Below are positions 29,426 to 39,485 of a stretch of 64,000 nt of DNA, in pieces. Numbering within the stretch: the stretch's first letter is position 1; every line of letters starts with the position of its first letter. A program made the translations under genes and the position numbers. Source of the stretch: a virus; the IMG/VR virus record IMGVR_UViG_3300027969_000043, positions 32,001 through 96,000 of that record; one strand, written 5' to 3'. Below the pieces are notes generated by a model. The model was not told the DNA's origin. It did not search any database and worked only from the letters and a program-made list of their open reading frames with translations.

Positions 29426-32400
29426 TTAATCATAAACTCTTATTTCTATCACAGTATAATAGGTATCGCCAAATACCCTATCTGAGGTTGCCTTAGCTAC
29501 TTGTATTTTACTTGAATCTACAAAATTGGTAAACATAAAACCATAAGTAGCTACTGTTATATCACCCCCACCCTTAGATACACCACATGTAGCAAAAATT
29601 GCCGTTTTATCAGTAGTAAATGGTGTACCAGTAGATGCGCTAATTGTTATTACTTTTACACTCCTATCGTAAACTACACCAATTGTTGTGTTAAGTTCAT
29701 TTTCTAAAACAATAGGATAACCAGCAGTCATATTATTTCCAGAATCTATATCAACCGCCGCAACATATCTTTTATAAGGGTTTATTGTTCTCCACATAGT
29801 ACCATCATACAACTGGAGACCAGCATATCTCCTTGTAGGAGTACTTCCAGAGGCATCTGAATGAACAATAAGTCCTTTTGCTGGACTACTTGGCAAATCT
29901 CCACTACCTACTCTTGGTGGTAAAAAACCTTTAGATGTTGATGTTAAATCTAATATCGCACTAGAATTTGGTTTATTAATGCCAATACTTACAGCACTAC
30001 CAGTAATTGCGGTAAATATTGAACTTGAAACATCGTTTGAATTACATCCAGTCCCAAATAAAACACCACCTATATTAAACGAATTTACTGTACCCGAACT
30101 TAATGTTATATTAGTACCAATAATAATATTATTGTTACCAAATCCACCACTAGAAGCAGCTTTACTACCTATTATGATACTTGAGTTAGATGTTGTTCCG
30201 CTACCAGCACTAGGGCCAATAATTATTGTGGATGCGGCTGTTTTTACATTCAACCCCGCATTAACACCAATTGCTATCATGTTATCACTAGTACCAACAC
30301 CAGACCCAGCTAAATTTCCAATAAAAATACCATTAGTTGTACCTGTTACACCTTCACCAGAATTACTACCAATAAAAATACCCCTGTCAGCACCTGTTGA
30401 ATTCTTACCAGCATCAGCACCAATCATAACTGCATTTGGGGCGATATCACCAGCATTACCAGCATTACTTCCAATCATAACTGCGGTACTAGAACCATTT
30501 GCTCCGACACCAGCATTAGTACCAATAAAAACAGAACCACTAGAAGTATGAGCTAATTCACCAGCACTAGTACCAATATACACCCCATTTAGGCTTGTAC
30601 TACCCGTAATACCCCTAGCTGTTCCATTACCTATGATTACAGATGATGTTGAATTTACCGAGCTTTGACCTGCTTGGTATCCTATATATACACCCTTATC
30701 GTTATTTGAGGATGATTTAAGAGCCTCATACCCAATAGCAATACTATATTCTGATTTACCCGTTAAATTGGTGGAATTATCACCAGCACTTCGACCAATA
30801 AATGTTGAACCACTAGCACTTGTTGCATTTTTACCAGCGTCCTCACCAATAAATAGTGAGTAGCTAGCGTTAGTTGCACCACTACCAGCATTTTTACCTA
30901 TAAAAGCCGAACTAGTAACAGAGCTAGCACTCCAACCAGCACCAGAACCAGCAAAGAATGAATAAGTTGCACCAGTAGCACCTTTACCAGCGCTAACGCC
31001 AAAAAATTGAGAATTATTAGCAGATGTTGCACCATAACCCGCCTGACTACCAATCATTATTGAGTTATTTGCGCTAGTACCACCTAATCCACTTTGTGTA
31101 CCAATAAATGTTGAATTACTAGCGCTACTAGCATTAGAACCAGCACCAACACCAATAAATGTTGAATTATTAGCGTTACTGGATTGATAACCAGCTTGGT
31201 CACCGATAAATAAAGAATTATCGGCAAAAGTTGCACCAAAACCACTTCTATCACCAATAAATGTTGAACCACTAGCGTTAGTGGCTGATGTACCAGCGCT
31301 TAAACCAAATACAAACATACTGCTAGCTAAAGCTTTAGCTCCATTACCAAAAGCTATAGAACCAGTACCTGTAGCTACTGGAATAACAGCAGGTGGTGTA
31401 TTATTTTCATCGTACCAATAAAGTGTTGCACCAATATTACCAAGAACATTACCACCAGTTATATCAGTAATGCTCTTAAACGAAACACTTCCGTTAGATT
31501 CTCTTGTTAATAACTGAGGAGCTGTAGTACCACTAGAAATACCAGATAATGTTAATGTATTTGCAGTTAAACCACTAGTAAATACCGTACCACCACTTAC
31601 TGTTCCACCACTTAATGGAAGATAAGCACCTGAAGCAGACGACGAACCTGTATACGCAGATAGGCTTATTGTAAATGCTGAATATCCGTCTGTTCTATTT
31701 TGAGTTAAGGTTATTGTATTTGATGATAACGTAAACCCTGTTACAAAAGTATCTGCAGTAAGATTACCACCACCTATATCATTAATGTTTTTAAATGAAA
31801 CATTTCCGTTAGATTCTCTTGTTAATACCTGAGTAGCAGTAGCAGCACTAGAAATACTAGACAATGTTACATCACCACCAAAATATGTTGTACCTGTTTG
31901 AACCTTTAACGCATATGTATCACCTGATACATTAGACCCCTTTATTGGTGCACCAGCAATGTATACGTTACTTAAAGCACTATACGTAACACCAGATGTA
32001 ACACCAGTATAATATGTTGTAGAACCTGTTGTTATACCTGTAAAAAACCCAGGGTCGGTTAAACCTGTTTGAGCAACAATTTGCGAATACGAAACGCCCC
32101 TATATCCTGTACTAGTTGCGCTTAATATTTCCCCTAATGACGATGCGGTTCCAGCACTTGATGTGCTCAAACTAGGTAATGCAAACAAACTAGCATTATA
32201 AAAATTACTAAGTAAAGAATCGTTTATTGTTATTGATAGAACAGTACCACCAGTAGTAGCAGCTGAATAATACATCAAATAACTTGATAATGTTGTATAA
32301 TTTTGGGTGCTTGTAATTAATGTTGTATTAGCACTAAATGTTGGAATATTAAAACTATTAGCCACTATCTCACTACGTGTTGCTGGTGTAGCAGTACTAT

Positions 32401-34174
32401 TTGCCTCAGTATATACAGCGCTTTTAATATTAAGAGCGGAACCAGCTGTACCCCAAAAACTCCTTATTGGGTTTGGCGGTCCAACAGTACTAGTTTCATT
32501 TATAACCACCTGCCCACCAAAAGCGGCAACTGGTGCGGAAAATGTAAGAACACCGTTACTATTTAAAAACTTAGAATTTGGTCTATCAAGATGCGACATT
32601 ACCAAATCGTTGTTATATGGTTTATTTCTAAATACAAACATTTTGGAAGGGTCTGGATATTGATTACTAAGACCACCACCACCTGCATTATATGACGTTT
32701 CAAAATATAGTCCTAATGGGGCAGCTGGAGAGTAAATAACAGCCCTAGAAGTACCAAAATTTATCGCTGGGAATGAAGAAGGTAAAAATAAAGTACCCGT
32801 ACCCGAAGCACCTTGTGAATATGTAAAATCAGCGTTAGTTGTAATTTGATTAGAACTAAAAAATGGTATCCTACCAGTTGTAGCAGAAAATGCACGTAAT
32901 ACACCATTTGTATCAACACTCGTAAGATACGTATCAGCTGATATACCCGCTAATCCTTGAAATCTAACTGGGTTTGTTGTTGCGGTTACATGTAGTGTAT
33001 TGGTTCCCGATAAAACACCAATACCAACAGTTCCACCAGTACTAACCGTTAAAGCATTTGGTATTGTCGAAGAACTAAAGTTTAATGTTTTTTGATTTAA
33101 ATCAACAACCCTATTACCGTTTAAAGCACCGTCACTAGTATATAAGGTATTAATGCTTGAAGCGACTGTTGAAGTAAGTGAAGCAACAGAAATTGAATGT
33201 ACCACACCAACATTGTCAATTGTTAAAACATTTGAATCAGAAGAACCTCCTATACCCTCAATTCTAATTGGGTCAGTAGCTGCCGAAATATGTAATTTTG
33301 TACTAGCCGATAAAACACCAATACCAACTGTACCACCAGTACTAATTGTTAAACTGTTTGGCGCTGTTGATGAACTAAAATTTAATGTTTTTTGGTTTAA
33401 GTCAACACGCCTATCTGATTTTATTGAATCATCTTTACCATACAGTGTTGTTATACCTGTAATACTTAAATTTTTACTTGGGTCAGTAAAATCTAGCGCA
33501 ATTGAAGCACCTGTTTGATTATATGTTGCAGCTGTTGTATATATGTTTGTATAACCTGCAGTAAATCCAGTAACAATAAATACACCACGAGAACTAATTG
33601 GCCTCCAATTAGCTGTATCCCCACTAGGTGGTGTTGGGTTTGCACTAACATTTGCGATTGAGTAGTAATCTAAATTATTAACAGTATATGTAACAACAGT
33701 ACTAGCTGTGTATGCAGAAGATGCGTTCCAGTTACCAGCATAAAATAAACCAGTACGGGTATTTGTTGTGCTTGATGAAAACGTAACAATACCGTTTAAA
33801 GAATTATAAGTACCACCTGTAACGGTCACGTCTGAAGCCAACGAGCTAAGATTTTTTGTTATCCCACCACCAAATGTGTTTAATGTCAAATCATAACTCC
33901 CAAGGTCCCAAGTTAATCCTGTAACCATTTGTATTTGACTCCATGTTGTGTTACCACTATTTAATACGTAATAATCATTAAATGCGCCATTTTTAACACC
34001 AACAATCATTCCCGCTCTTCTTCTTTCAGAAGGTATTTCATTCCTAGCAGTAATATCATTAACATTTCTTAAACTATCAACACCATAAACTGGGTCAATA
34101 ACCGCATAAGTATCTTGGGTATCTGTTGGTGATATAAATCCAGTTATGCGTACTCCGCCATCTATAGTTGCCAT
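29426..34174 (-). CDS. Long tail fibre, 1582 aa, with YadA-head-like (xSxFIGxxAG) repeats and a CBM5/12-like insert
   Basis: More than 25 repeats of about 14 aa (NSTFIGxxAG), shared fibre modules, and C-terminal STSKGFLPPRV. Confidence 0.8.
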   Translation of the reverse strand: MATIDGGVRITGFISPTDTQDTYAVIDPVYGVDSLRNVNDITARNEIPSERRRAGMIVGVKNGAFNDYYVLNSGNTTWSQIQMVTGLTWDLGSYDLTLNTFGGGITKNLSSLASDVTVTGGTYNSLNGIVTFSSSTTNTRTGLFYAGNWNASSAYTASTVVTYTVNNLDYYSIANVSANPTPPSGDTANWRPISSRGVFIVTGFTAGYTNIYTTAATYNQTGASIALDFTDPSKNLSITGITTLYGKDDSIKSDRRVDLNQKTLNFSSSTAPNSLTISTGGTVGIGVLSASTKLHISAATDPIRIEGIGGSSDSNVLTIDNVGVVHSISVASLTSTVASSINTLYTSDGALNGNRVVDLNQKTLNFSSSTIPNALTVSTGGTVGIGVLSGTNTLHVTATTNPVRFQGLAGISADTYLTSVDTNGVLRAFSATTGRIPFFSSNQITTNADFTYSQGASGTGTLFLPSSFPAINFGTSRAVIYSPAAPLGLYFETSYNAGGGGLSNQYPDPSKMFVFRNKPYNNDLVMSHLDRPNSKFLNSNGVLTFSAPVAAFGGQVVINETSTVGPPNPIRSFWGTAGSALNIKSAVYTEANSTATPATRSEIVANSFNIPTFSANTTLITSTQNYTTLSSYLMYYSAATTGGTVLSITINDSLLSNFYNASLFALPSLSTSSAGTASSLGEILSATSTGYRGVSYSQIVAQTGLTDPGFFTGITTGSTTYYTGVTSGVTYSALSNVYIAGAPIKGSNVSGDTYALKVQTGTTYFGGDVTLSSISSAATATQVLTRESNGNVSFKNINDIGGGNLTADTFVTGFTLSSNTITLTQNRTDGYSAFTISLSAYTGSSSASGAYLPLSGGTVSGGTVFTSGLTANTLTLSGISSGTTAPQLLTRESNGSVSFKSITDITGGNVLGNIGATLYWYDENNTPPAVIPVATGTGSIAFGNGAKALASSMFVFGLSAGTSATNASGSTFIGDRSGFGATFADNSLFIGDQAGYQSSNANNSTFIGVGAGSNASSASNSTFIGTQSGLGGTSANNSIMIGSQAGYGATSANNSQFFGVSAGKGATGATYSFFAGSGAGWSASSVTSSAFIGKNAGSGATNASYSLFIGEDAGKNATSASGSTFIGRSAGDNSTNLTGKSEYSIAIGYEALKSSSNNDKGVYIGYQAGQSSVNSTSSVIIGNGTARGITGSTSLNGVYIGTSAGELAHTSSGSVFIGTNAGVGANGSSTAVMIGSNAGNAGDIAPNAVMIGADAGKNSTGADRGIFIGSNSGEGVTGTTNGIFIGNLAGSGVGTSDNMIAIGVNAGLNVKTAASTIIIGPSAGSGTTSNSSIIIGSKAASSGGFGNNNIIIGTNITLSSGTVNSFNIGGVLFGTGCNSNDVSSSIFTAITGSAVSIGINKPNSSAILDLTSTSKGFLPPRVGSGDLPSSPAKGLIVHSDASGSTPTRRYAGLQLYDGTMWRTINPYKRYVAAVDIDSGNNMTAGYPIVLENELNTTIGVVYDRSVKVITISASTGTPFTTDKTAIFATCGVSKGGGDITVATYGFMFTNFVDSSKIQVAKATSDRVFGDTYYTVIEIRVYD

Positions 34175-34200
34175 ATATTTCTTTTTTTATTTTTTATTTT

Positions 34201-35460
34201 TTAAGAGCACAACCACGCATTTAATGAACCTGCAAAAGCGTTTGTCGTTCTGTATACATTATATGTTGTTGATATACCATATATATTACCAAATGATAAT
34301 GTTCCAACTACAGAGTACGGTATATTACCTATACCACTACAACCAGCTGTAGAATCTTTTAAATTAGTTGGTTGTGATAAACTTTGTGGTATAACTAAAT
34401 AACCATATTCAGGGCTTGCTGTTGACGGCCAAGTAATATAATTATTTGTAACATTAGCAACCAAAGCAGTATTAGTAAGACCACTTGCTTGTGCTGCAGT
34501 TATGCTAGTATTAGGTGACTTGCCATAATACCACCTATTTCTCCAAAAAGCTGTTATATTTCTTGTAAATGTTGTACCTTGACTATTAGTTGCTGTGATT
34601 TTATACAAATCAAGTGCTGTAACAGTAGCCGTTGAACTTGAAATATTAATTGATAATGTTACAGGTTGCGTTCCGTCATTTGCCGAACCACTAACCAATG
34701 TTGTTGTACTTGGTGATAACTGCTCTATAGTTATCGTGTTCGCACTTACATTTGTTGAATTTGATGTGGCCCAAGTAAATGTTTGAGAACCAATTGAAAT
34801 TGGTTGCCCAACTTCATAAACTGTTGTTAAGTTAGTTCTAGCGAATGATGTAAATGCTGGTACTTGATATGGGTATAATAACGCATCAAACATCTGTTGC
34901 ATTGTTTGGTTTAAAAATGTAGTCGATTGCGGTATCCCACCCAACCCTGCTGTTGTGGGTGTAGAATTTGTGTAAGTGGGTGTACTACCAGTAGAAAAAC
35001 CATTTATTATGATTGATGAACCATCACTATTATTTAAAGTTAGTGTACCTAATGTACTATCAGCCGAACCACCCGTTATGAACCCATCAACATTAATAGA
35101 TGAACCATTGGTATTATCCAACGTTAAAATACCTGTAACACTAGAATATGTTGCAGCTGTAACAGAACCAGCACCATCAGCTCCAGCAGCACCAGCAGGA
35201 CCAGCAGCACCAGCAGGACCTGTAGCACCAGCTTCACCTTCGGGACCCGCAGGACCTCTAAAATCATCTAAGTTAATAGACAATGTATCACCATTAAGTC
35301 TATTTAATTGTAGTGTTGTTCCGTTTAAATTGACGTTATCTATATCTAAACCTTTTAGAAATATAAAATTATTGTCAAGTTCGGCTTGACTTAAGACACT
35401 ACCCTTTGTTTCGTCACCGTATGGACTTGTTTGAGTCCTTAATATTAAATTATTTGACAT
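34201..35460 (-). CDS. Virion fibre adaptor with a short collagen-like segment
   Basis: N-terminal TKGSVLSQAELDNNF and (Gxx)10 GPAGPEGEAGATGPAG. The C-terminal domain is paralogous to 45482-47248. Confidence 0.65.
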   Translation of the reverse strand: MSNNLILRTQTSPYGDETKGSVLSQAELDNNFIFLKGLDIDNVNLNGTTLQLNRLNGDTLSINLDDFRGPAGPEGEAGATGPAGAAGPAGAAGADGAGSVTAATYSSVTGILTLDNTNGSSINVDGFITGGSADSTLGTLTLNNSDGSSIIINGFSTGSTPTYTNSTPTTAGLGGIPQSTTFLNQTMQQMFDALLYPYQVPAFTSFARTNLTTVYEVGQPISIGSQTFTWATSNSTNVSANTITIEQLSPSTTTLVSGSANDGTQPVTLSINISSSTATVTALDLYKITATNSQGTTFTRNITAFWRNRWYYGKSPNTSITAAQASGLTNTALVANVTNNYITWPSTASPEYGYLVIPQSLSQPTNLKDSTAGCSGIGNIPYSVVGTLSFGNIYGISTTYNVYRTTNAFAGSLNAWLCS

Positions 35461-35484
35461 ATTTGTTGATTAGATACTATATTA

Positions 35485-35548
35485 ATAAAAAATACCCAAA
35501 TATAAATATTCACCAAAATTGTTTTGACAAATAAAATATTTGGGTATT
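35485..35548 (-). terminator. Long hairpin with U tract after the secreted beta-helix gene, overlapping an ATATTTAT motif (35502-35509)
   Basis: 13-bp inverted repeat aatacccaaatat (35491-35503) / atatttgggtatt (35536-35548) with an inner caaaa/ttttg stem. Confidence 0.55.
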
Positions 35549-35567
35549 CTTATAATAAACTAAAACA

Positions 35568-38500
35568 CTATTGTTTTACAAATAATATTGATTGATTATA
35601 TGTAATAGCAACATAACTACCTGAAGTTAAGTTTCTCACACTAACCCAATCACCACCAGACGAATAACTAGAAGTTTTAACTGTAACCCCTAATATATTT
35701 TTAATCACCATAGTTCCAGACGTGTTAGAATTTATATATATTGACCTTCTATCTGAATTATAAAAAAACCTTCTAATATTAACTGAAGAACAAGACCTAC
35801 TTAAACTATCCGTTGACGGAAGACCAATGCAACCTATAGGTTCACTAGTATATGTTCTAGATTGTAAACCATTAATACATGTACTCCATTGACTATAAGT
35901 AAATACACATGGTGTTGGAGAAACACATGCTCTTTGAACACTATCCGCAGGAGGAACCCCTGTACAACCTACTGGTGTGGATGTATATGTTCTTGTTTGA
36001 GTTCCATTAGCACATGTTGTCCAAATTCCATATGTAAAATTACAAGGTACTATTGGTGATGTACAACTTCTTTGAATACTATCAGTTGGCGGAAATCCCA
36101 CACATCCAGTTGGAGATGTTACATATGGTCTTGTTTGAACCCCATTATTACACGTTGTCCAAGTTCCGTATGTAAAAATACAAGGTGTTGGAGCAACTGA
36201 ATTATACTGATATATTCCTATTGAAGGTGTTGCACCAACAATATTTCCTTCAAAATCTCTATTAAGACCTACATTTGTACCATTATTTATGGCATAAGAC
36301 GTATCACTAGCAATGTGCATATCCCAATTTTGTGGGTATATGCTAGAACTATCAACAATTAATTTACCATTGATAATTCTTTCGCCTATCGCTAATGTGG
36401 TATTAGGCCCTAAAGACGTAGGTGTAAATGAACCAACCGCTCCCTGATAACCACTAACTAAGTGATAGATATTATTTCTATAAAACGCTTTAGGTCTTTC
36501 AGATTGTGTGTATTTAGCATAAAACCCATTATTAATCCAAAATACATTATTACGAATATCAAATACAGTATCTGCTGCTTGAACACTATGGTCACCTGAC
36601 GCTATCGGCCTCCAAGCGTTTTGGAAGTTTTCTGATGATGGATAACGAGTTGATTTATTAATAGGGTATGGTGGCCAATAAATGAATCCTGTGTTTGCAT
36701 ATGTTTGACCATCACCCATAGCATCACCACCAGCATTGTTACCACTAAAACGTGACATAGAACCTTCTACAAAAAAGTTATTCCAAAAATGTAAATTTTT
36801 AACCTGTGTTGCATATGTTCCTGTAGTATTAACATACGCAATGTTGCTACAATTGATAAATTTATTATAGCAAATTGTATCGTCATCTGGGCCTTGTATA
36901 CCGCCTGGTAAATTTGTGCCAAACTCCATACCACCGCTACAATCAATGAATGTATTATAGGCAATGAATGAACTATCAAAATTATTAATAGTTTCAACAG
37001 CTCCACCTAATAAACCTGAACTAGATGAATTAAAAGGATTGGCATAAGCCCACGAACCTGTAATTCTATTATTTGTTATTCTATATTTACTTCCCGATAA
37101 TAACATTGGGTCAGCACCTATATCAGCTTGACTTGCAGTATCTGTTATCCAACCTGTAGATTTAAAATTACTAAATGTATTATTTTCAATCTTAAAATCT
37201 CTAACAAAGGCAACAATACCATATGCTGTATTACTAAAGTTACAGTTTTTTACCGTGATGTTACTACATTTACAACCATCACTTCCACTACAGTATCCAC
37301 TATCCCCAAACCAAAGTCCTAGCGTTGTAAAAGCACCCGAACGTTTGTCATTGACAGGGAATCTTGTATCATTAAACTGTATACCGTCTATCACAATGTA
37401 ACTTACATTAGCAAACGCCAATACACCTTTTTCGTTTGACCTAACTGAACTTGGATAAGGATATAGTAAGTTTGGGCTTTCTAAATTAATATCACCATAA
37501 TATGTGAATACAATTGGATTAGTAGCAGTACCTGAAGGGAAGCTTAATCCTTCATATCCACCACCATACCATTTTACAGAAGCTACTGTGCTGAACTCGG
37601 TACCATTAGCAAATATTTCACCTCTTTTAAAAGCAAATGTATCACCAGCAGTTGCAATACTACTTAAAGTATTTAATTTTGCTAGTGTTTTCCAAGGGGT
37701 CAATGGATTCTGTGCTTGTGTAACACTATACGAATCATTACCAATTGAACTAAAATAAAATTTTCTACCTCTTGTTGTTGGGGATGCACATGTTCTTGTT
37801 AAACTGTCTGCTGGAGGAACTCCCGTACAATTAGTTGGGGAACTCGTAAACGGTCTTGTTTGTATTCCATTACTACATGTTGTCCAAGTTCCGTATGTGA
37901 AAGTGCACGGTACTATCGGTGTTGTACAACTTCTTTGAATACTATCAGTTGGTGGAACCCCAATACAACCTGTCGGTGTAGGTGTATATGGTCTTGTTTG
38001 TGTTCCGTTAGAACATGTTGTCCAACTACCATATGTAAAAGTACATGGTGTTGGAGTAACCGAACCACCGTATTGGTATATACCCATCGAAGGTATAGCA
38101 CCAACACTATTACCAACAAAATCGCTTGTAAGACCTACATTAACTCCAGAATTTATGGCTGGTGATGTACTTGTTAATGTATAATCCCAATTTAAAGGGT
38201 TAGAGTTTGTTGTATTTGTCCAAATAATTCCAGATGTGGAAATCTCAGTACCGTCTAATGTGAAATTAGTAACACTACCATTAGATAATTTATATATGTT
38301 GTTAGTGTGACTTAAGTTAGCACCATTTAACTGTCCATTTCTTGTTAATGATAAACCATTAGATACCTGAATTATATTATTTTTAAGGATTATAATCCCA
38401 GCTGTAGCCTCTGATGTTGACATAGAAAACATAATACCGCTACTACCCCCTGGATTTGTATTAGGAACGGTTTGTAACATTACATTATTATAAAATTGTA

Positions 38501-39407
38501 AGTTTCTTACCGCAGTTTTATACTGTCCACTATTACTAATATAAACTACTGTGTTGTTATTAATAATCTTGTTGTAATATATTTTATTATTTTGAATTAA
38601 ATTATTAGCAACACCATCATTATTGCTACCAAATTCAAAAATACCATTACAGTCATAAAATGTATTGTAAGCAATCACGTTATTTTCAATAACAGAACCC
38701 TCTTCAAAAAATTCTACACCACCACCATCAAATGTATAATCATAACTAGCGGCATAACAATCGTGAAAGTAGTTGTTAGTAACAATATTATTTGAACTAG
38801 ATAGTTGAACAGGCACCCCACCATAATCGTCATCTGGATTAACAGATGTTGGTGTGTTTCTAATCATCCTTAAATTTCCAATATCACAAGAATCCACGGT
38901 GTTATTATTATTGCCTGGTGGAAAATACACGCCATAACCAGTTCTGTCCATCGTACACTTCCTAATAACTATTCCTGTACATCCTTGATACGTAGCAAAT
39001 ACATTTTGTATCTTAGCTTGAATATATCTATCAGTAGCTGATATTGTTGTATCGCTAATCTTCCAACCATAGAAAGTTAGGTTTGTACAACCATTCAATG
39101 TAATTAAAACACTTACTGTAGAGTTTGTCCCCCAGAATAATGGGTCGGCTCCTGTTCCATACACACCAAAATAAATGTTAGATTTATTTGATAATGTTAA
39201 TGTTCCCGAGAATTTAGAATCTTTTGCAAACAATACAGAATCACCATTAGCAACATTGCTTTGTACTTTAGATAATGTTTGCCAAGGCGTTAATGGATTT
39301 TGCGCTTGTGTTGTTGTGTAACTATCACTACCCGCTGAACTAACGTAAAATTTTCTAGCGCTAGCAAATAATGGAATAAATAAAAGAATTGTTAAAAACT
39401 TTTTCAT
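35568..39407 (-). CDS. Secreted protein: signal peptide, 2 pectin-lyase-like beta-helices, 5 TSP1-like repeats, T9SS C-terminal sorting-like domain
   Basis: Signal peptide MKKFLTILLFIPLFASA|R. Two RKFYxSSxGxDS...NPLTPWxTL beta-helix domains. CxFTYGxWTTCxNGxQTR repeats. C-terminus IYINSNTSGTMVIKNILGVTVKT...VSVRNLTSGSYVAITYNQSILFVKQ. Confidence 0.8.
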   Translation of the reverse strand: MKKFLTILLFIPLFASARKFYVSSAGSDSYTTTQAQNPLTPWQTLSKVQSNVANGDSVLFAKDSKFSGTLTLSNKSNIYFGVYGTGADPLFWGTNSTVSVLITLNGCTNLTFYGWKISDTTISATDRYIQAKIQNVFATYQGCTGIVIRKCTMDRTGYGVYFPPGNNNNTVDSCDIGNLRMIRNTPTSVNPDDDYGGVPVQLSSSNNIVTNNYFHDCYAASYDYTFDGGGVEFFEEGSVIENNVIAYNTFYDCNGIFEFGSNNDGVANNLIQNNKIYYNKIINNNTVVYISNSGQYKTAVRNLQFYNNVMLQTVPNTNPGGSSGIMFSMSTSEATAGIIILKNNIIQVSNGLSLTRNGQLNGANLSHTNNIYKLSNGSVTNFTLDGTEISTSGIIWTNTTNSNPLNWDYTLTSTSPAINSGVNVGLTSDFVGNSVGAIPSMGIYQYGGSVTPTPCTFTYGSWTTCSNGTQTRPYTPTPTGCIGVPPTDSIQRSCTTPIVPCTFTYGTWTTCSNGIQTRPFTSSPTNCTGVPPADSLTRTCASPTTRGRKFYFSSIGNDSYSVTQAQNPLTPWKTLAKLNTLSSIATAGDTFAFKRGEIFANGTEFSTVASVKWYGGGYEGLSFPSGTATNPIVFTYYGDINLESPNLLYPYPSSVRSNEKGVLAFANVSYIVIDGIQFNDTRFPVNDKRSGAFTTLGLWFGDSGYCSGSDGCKCSNITVKNCNFSNTAYGIVAFVRDFKIENNTFSNFKSTGWITDTASQADIGADPMLLSGSKYRITNNRITGSWAYANPFNSSSSGLLGGAVETINNFDSSFIAYNTFIDCSGGMEFGTNLPGGIQGPDDDTICYNKFINCSNIAYVNTTGTYATQVKNLHFWNNFFVEGSMSRFSGNNAGGDAMGDGQTYANTGFIYWPPYPINKSTRYPSSENFQNAWRPIASGDHSVQAADTVFDIRNNVFWINNGFYAKYTQSERPKAFYRNNIYHLVSGYQGAVGSFTPTSLGPNTTLAIGERIINGKLIVDSSSIYPQNWDMHIASDTSYAINNGTNVGLNRDFEGNIVGATPSIGIYQYNSVAPTPCIFTYGTWTTCNNGVQTRPYVTSPTGCVGFPPTDSIQRSCTSPIVPCNFTYGIWTTCANGTQTRTYTSTPVGCTGVPPADSVQRACVSPTPCVFTYSQWSTCINGLQSRTYTSEPIGCIGLPSTDSLSRSCSSVNIRRFFYNSDRRSIYINSNTSGTMVIKNILGVTVKTSSYSSGGDWVSVRNLTSGSYVAITYNQSILFVKQ

Positions 39408-39485
39408 TTTAAATTTTTTTTAAAAAATTGTTATATTATAAGTACAATAATATAATAATTAATATATTAATTATATATTAATTAT

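Noticed and set aside
39455-39474. Perfect 20-bp palindrome ataattaatatattaattat upstream of the T9SS-like gene
   Set aside because: It is A/T-only in an almost purely A/T gap and occurs once, so it cannot be distinguished from chance.
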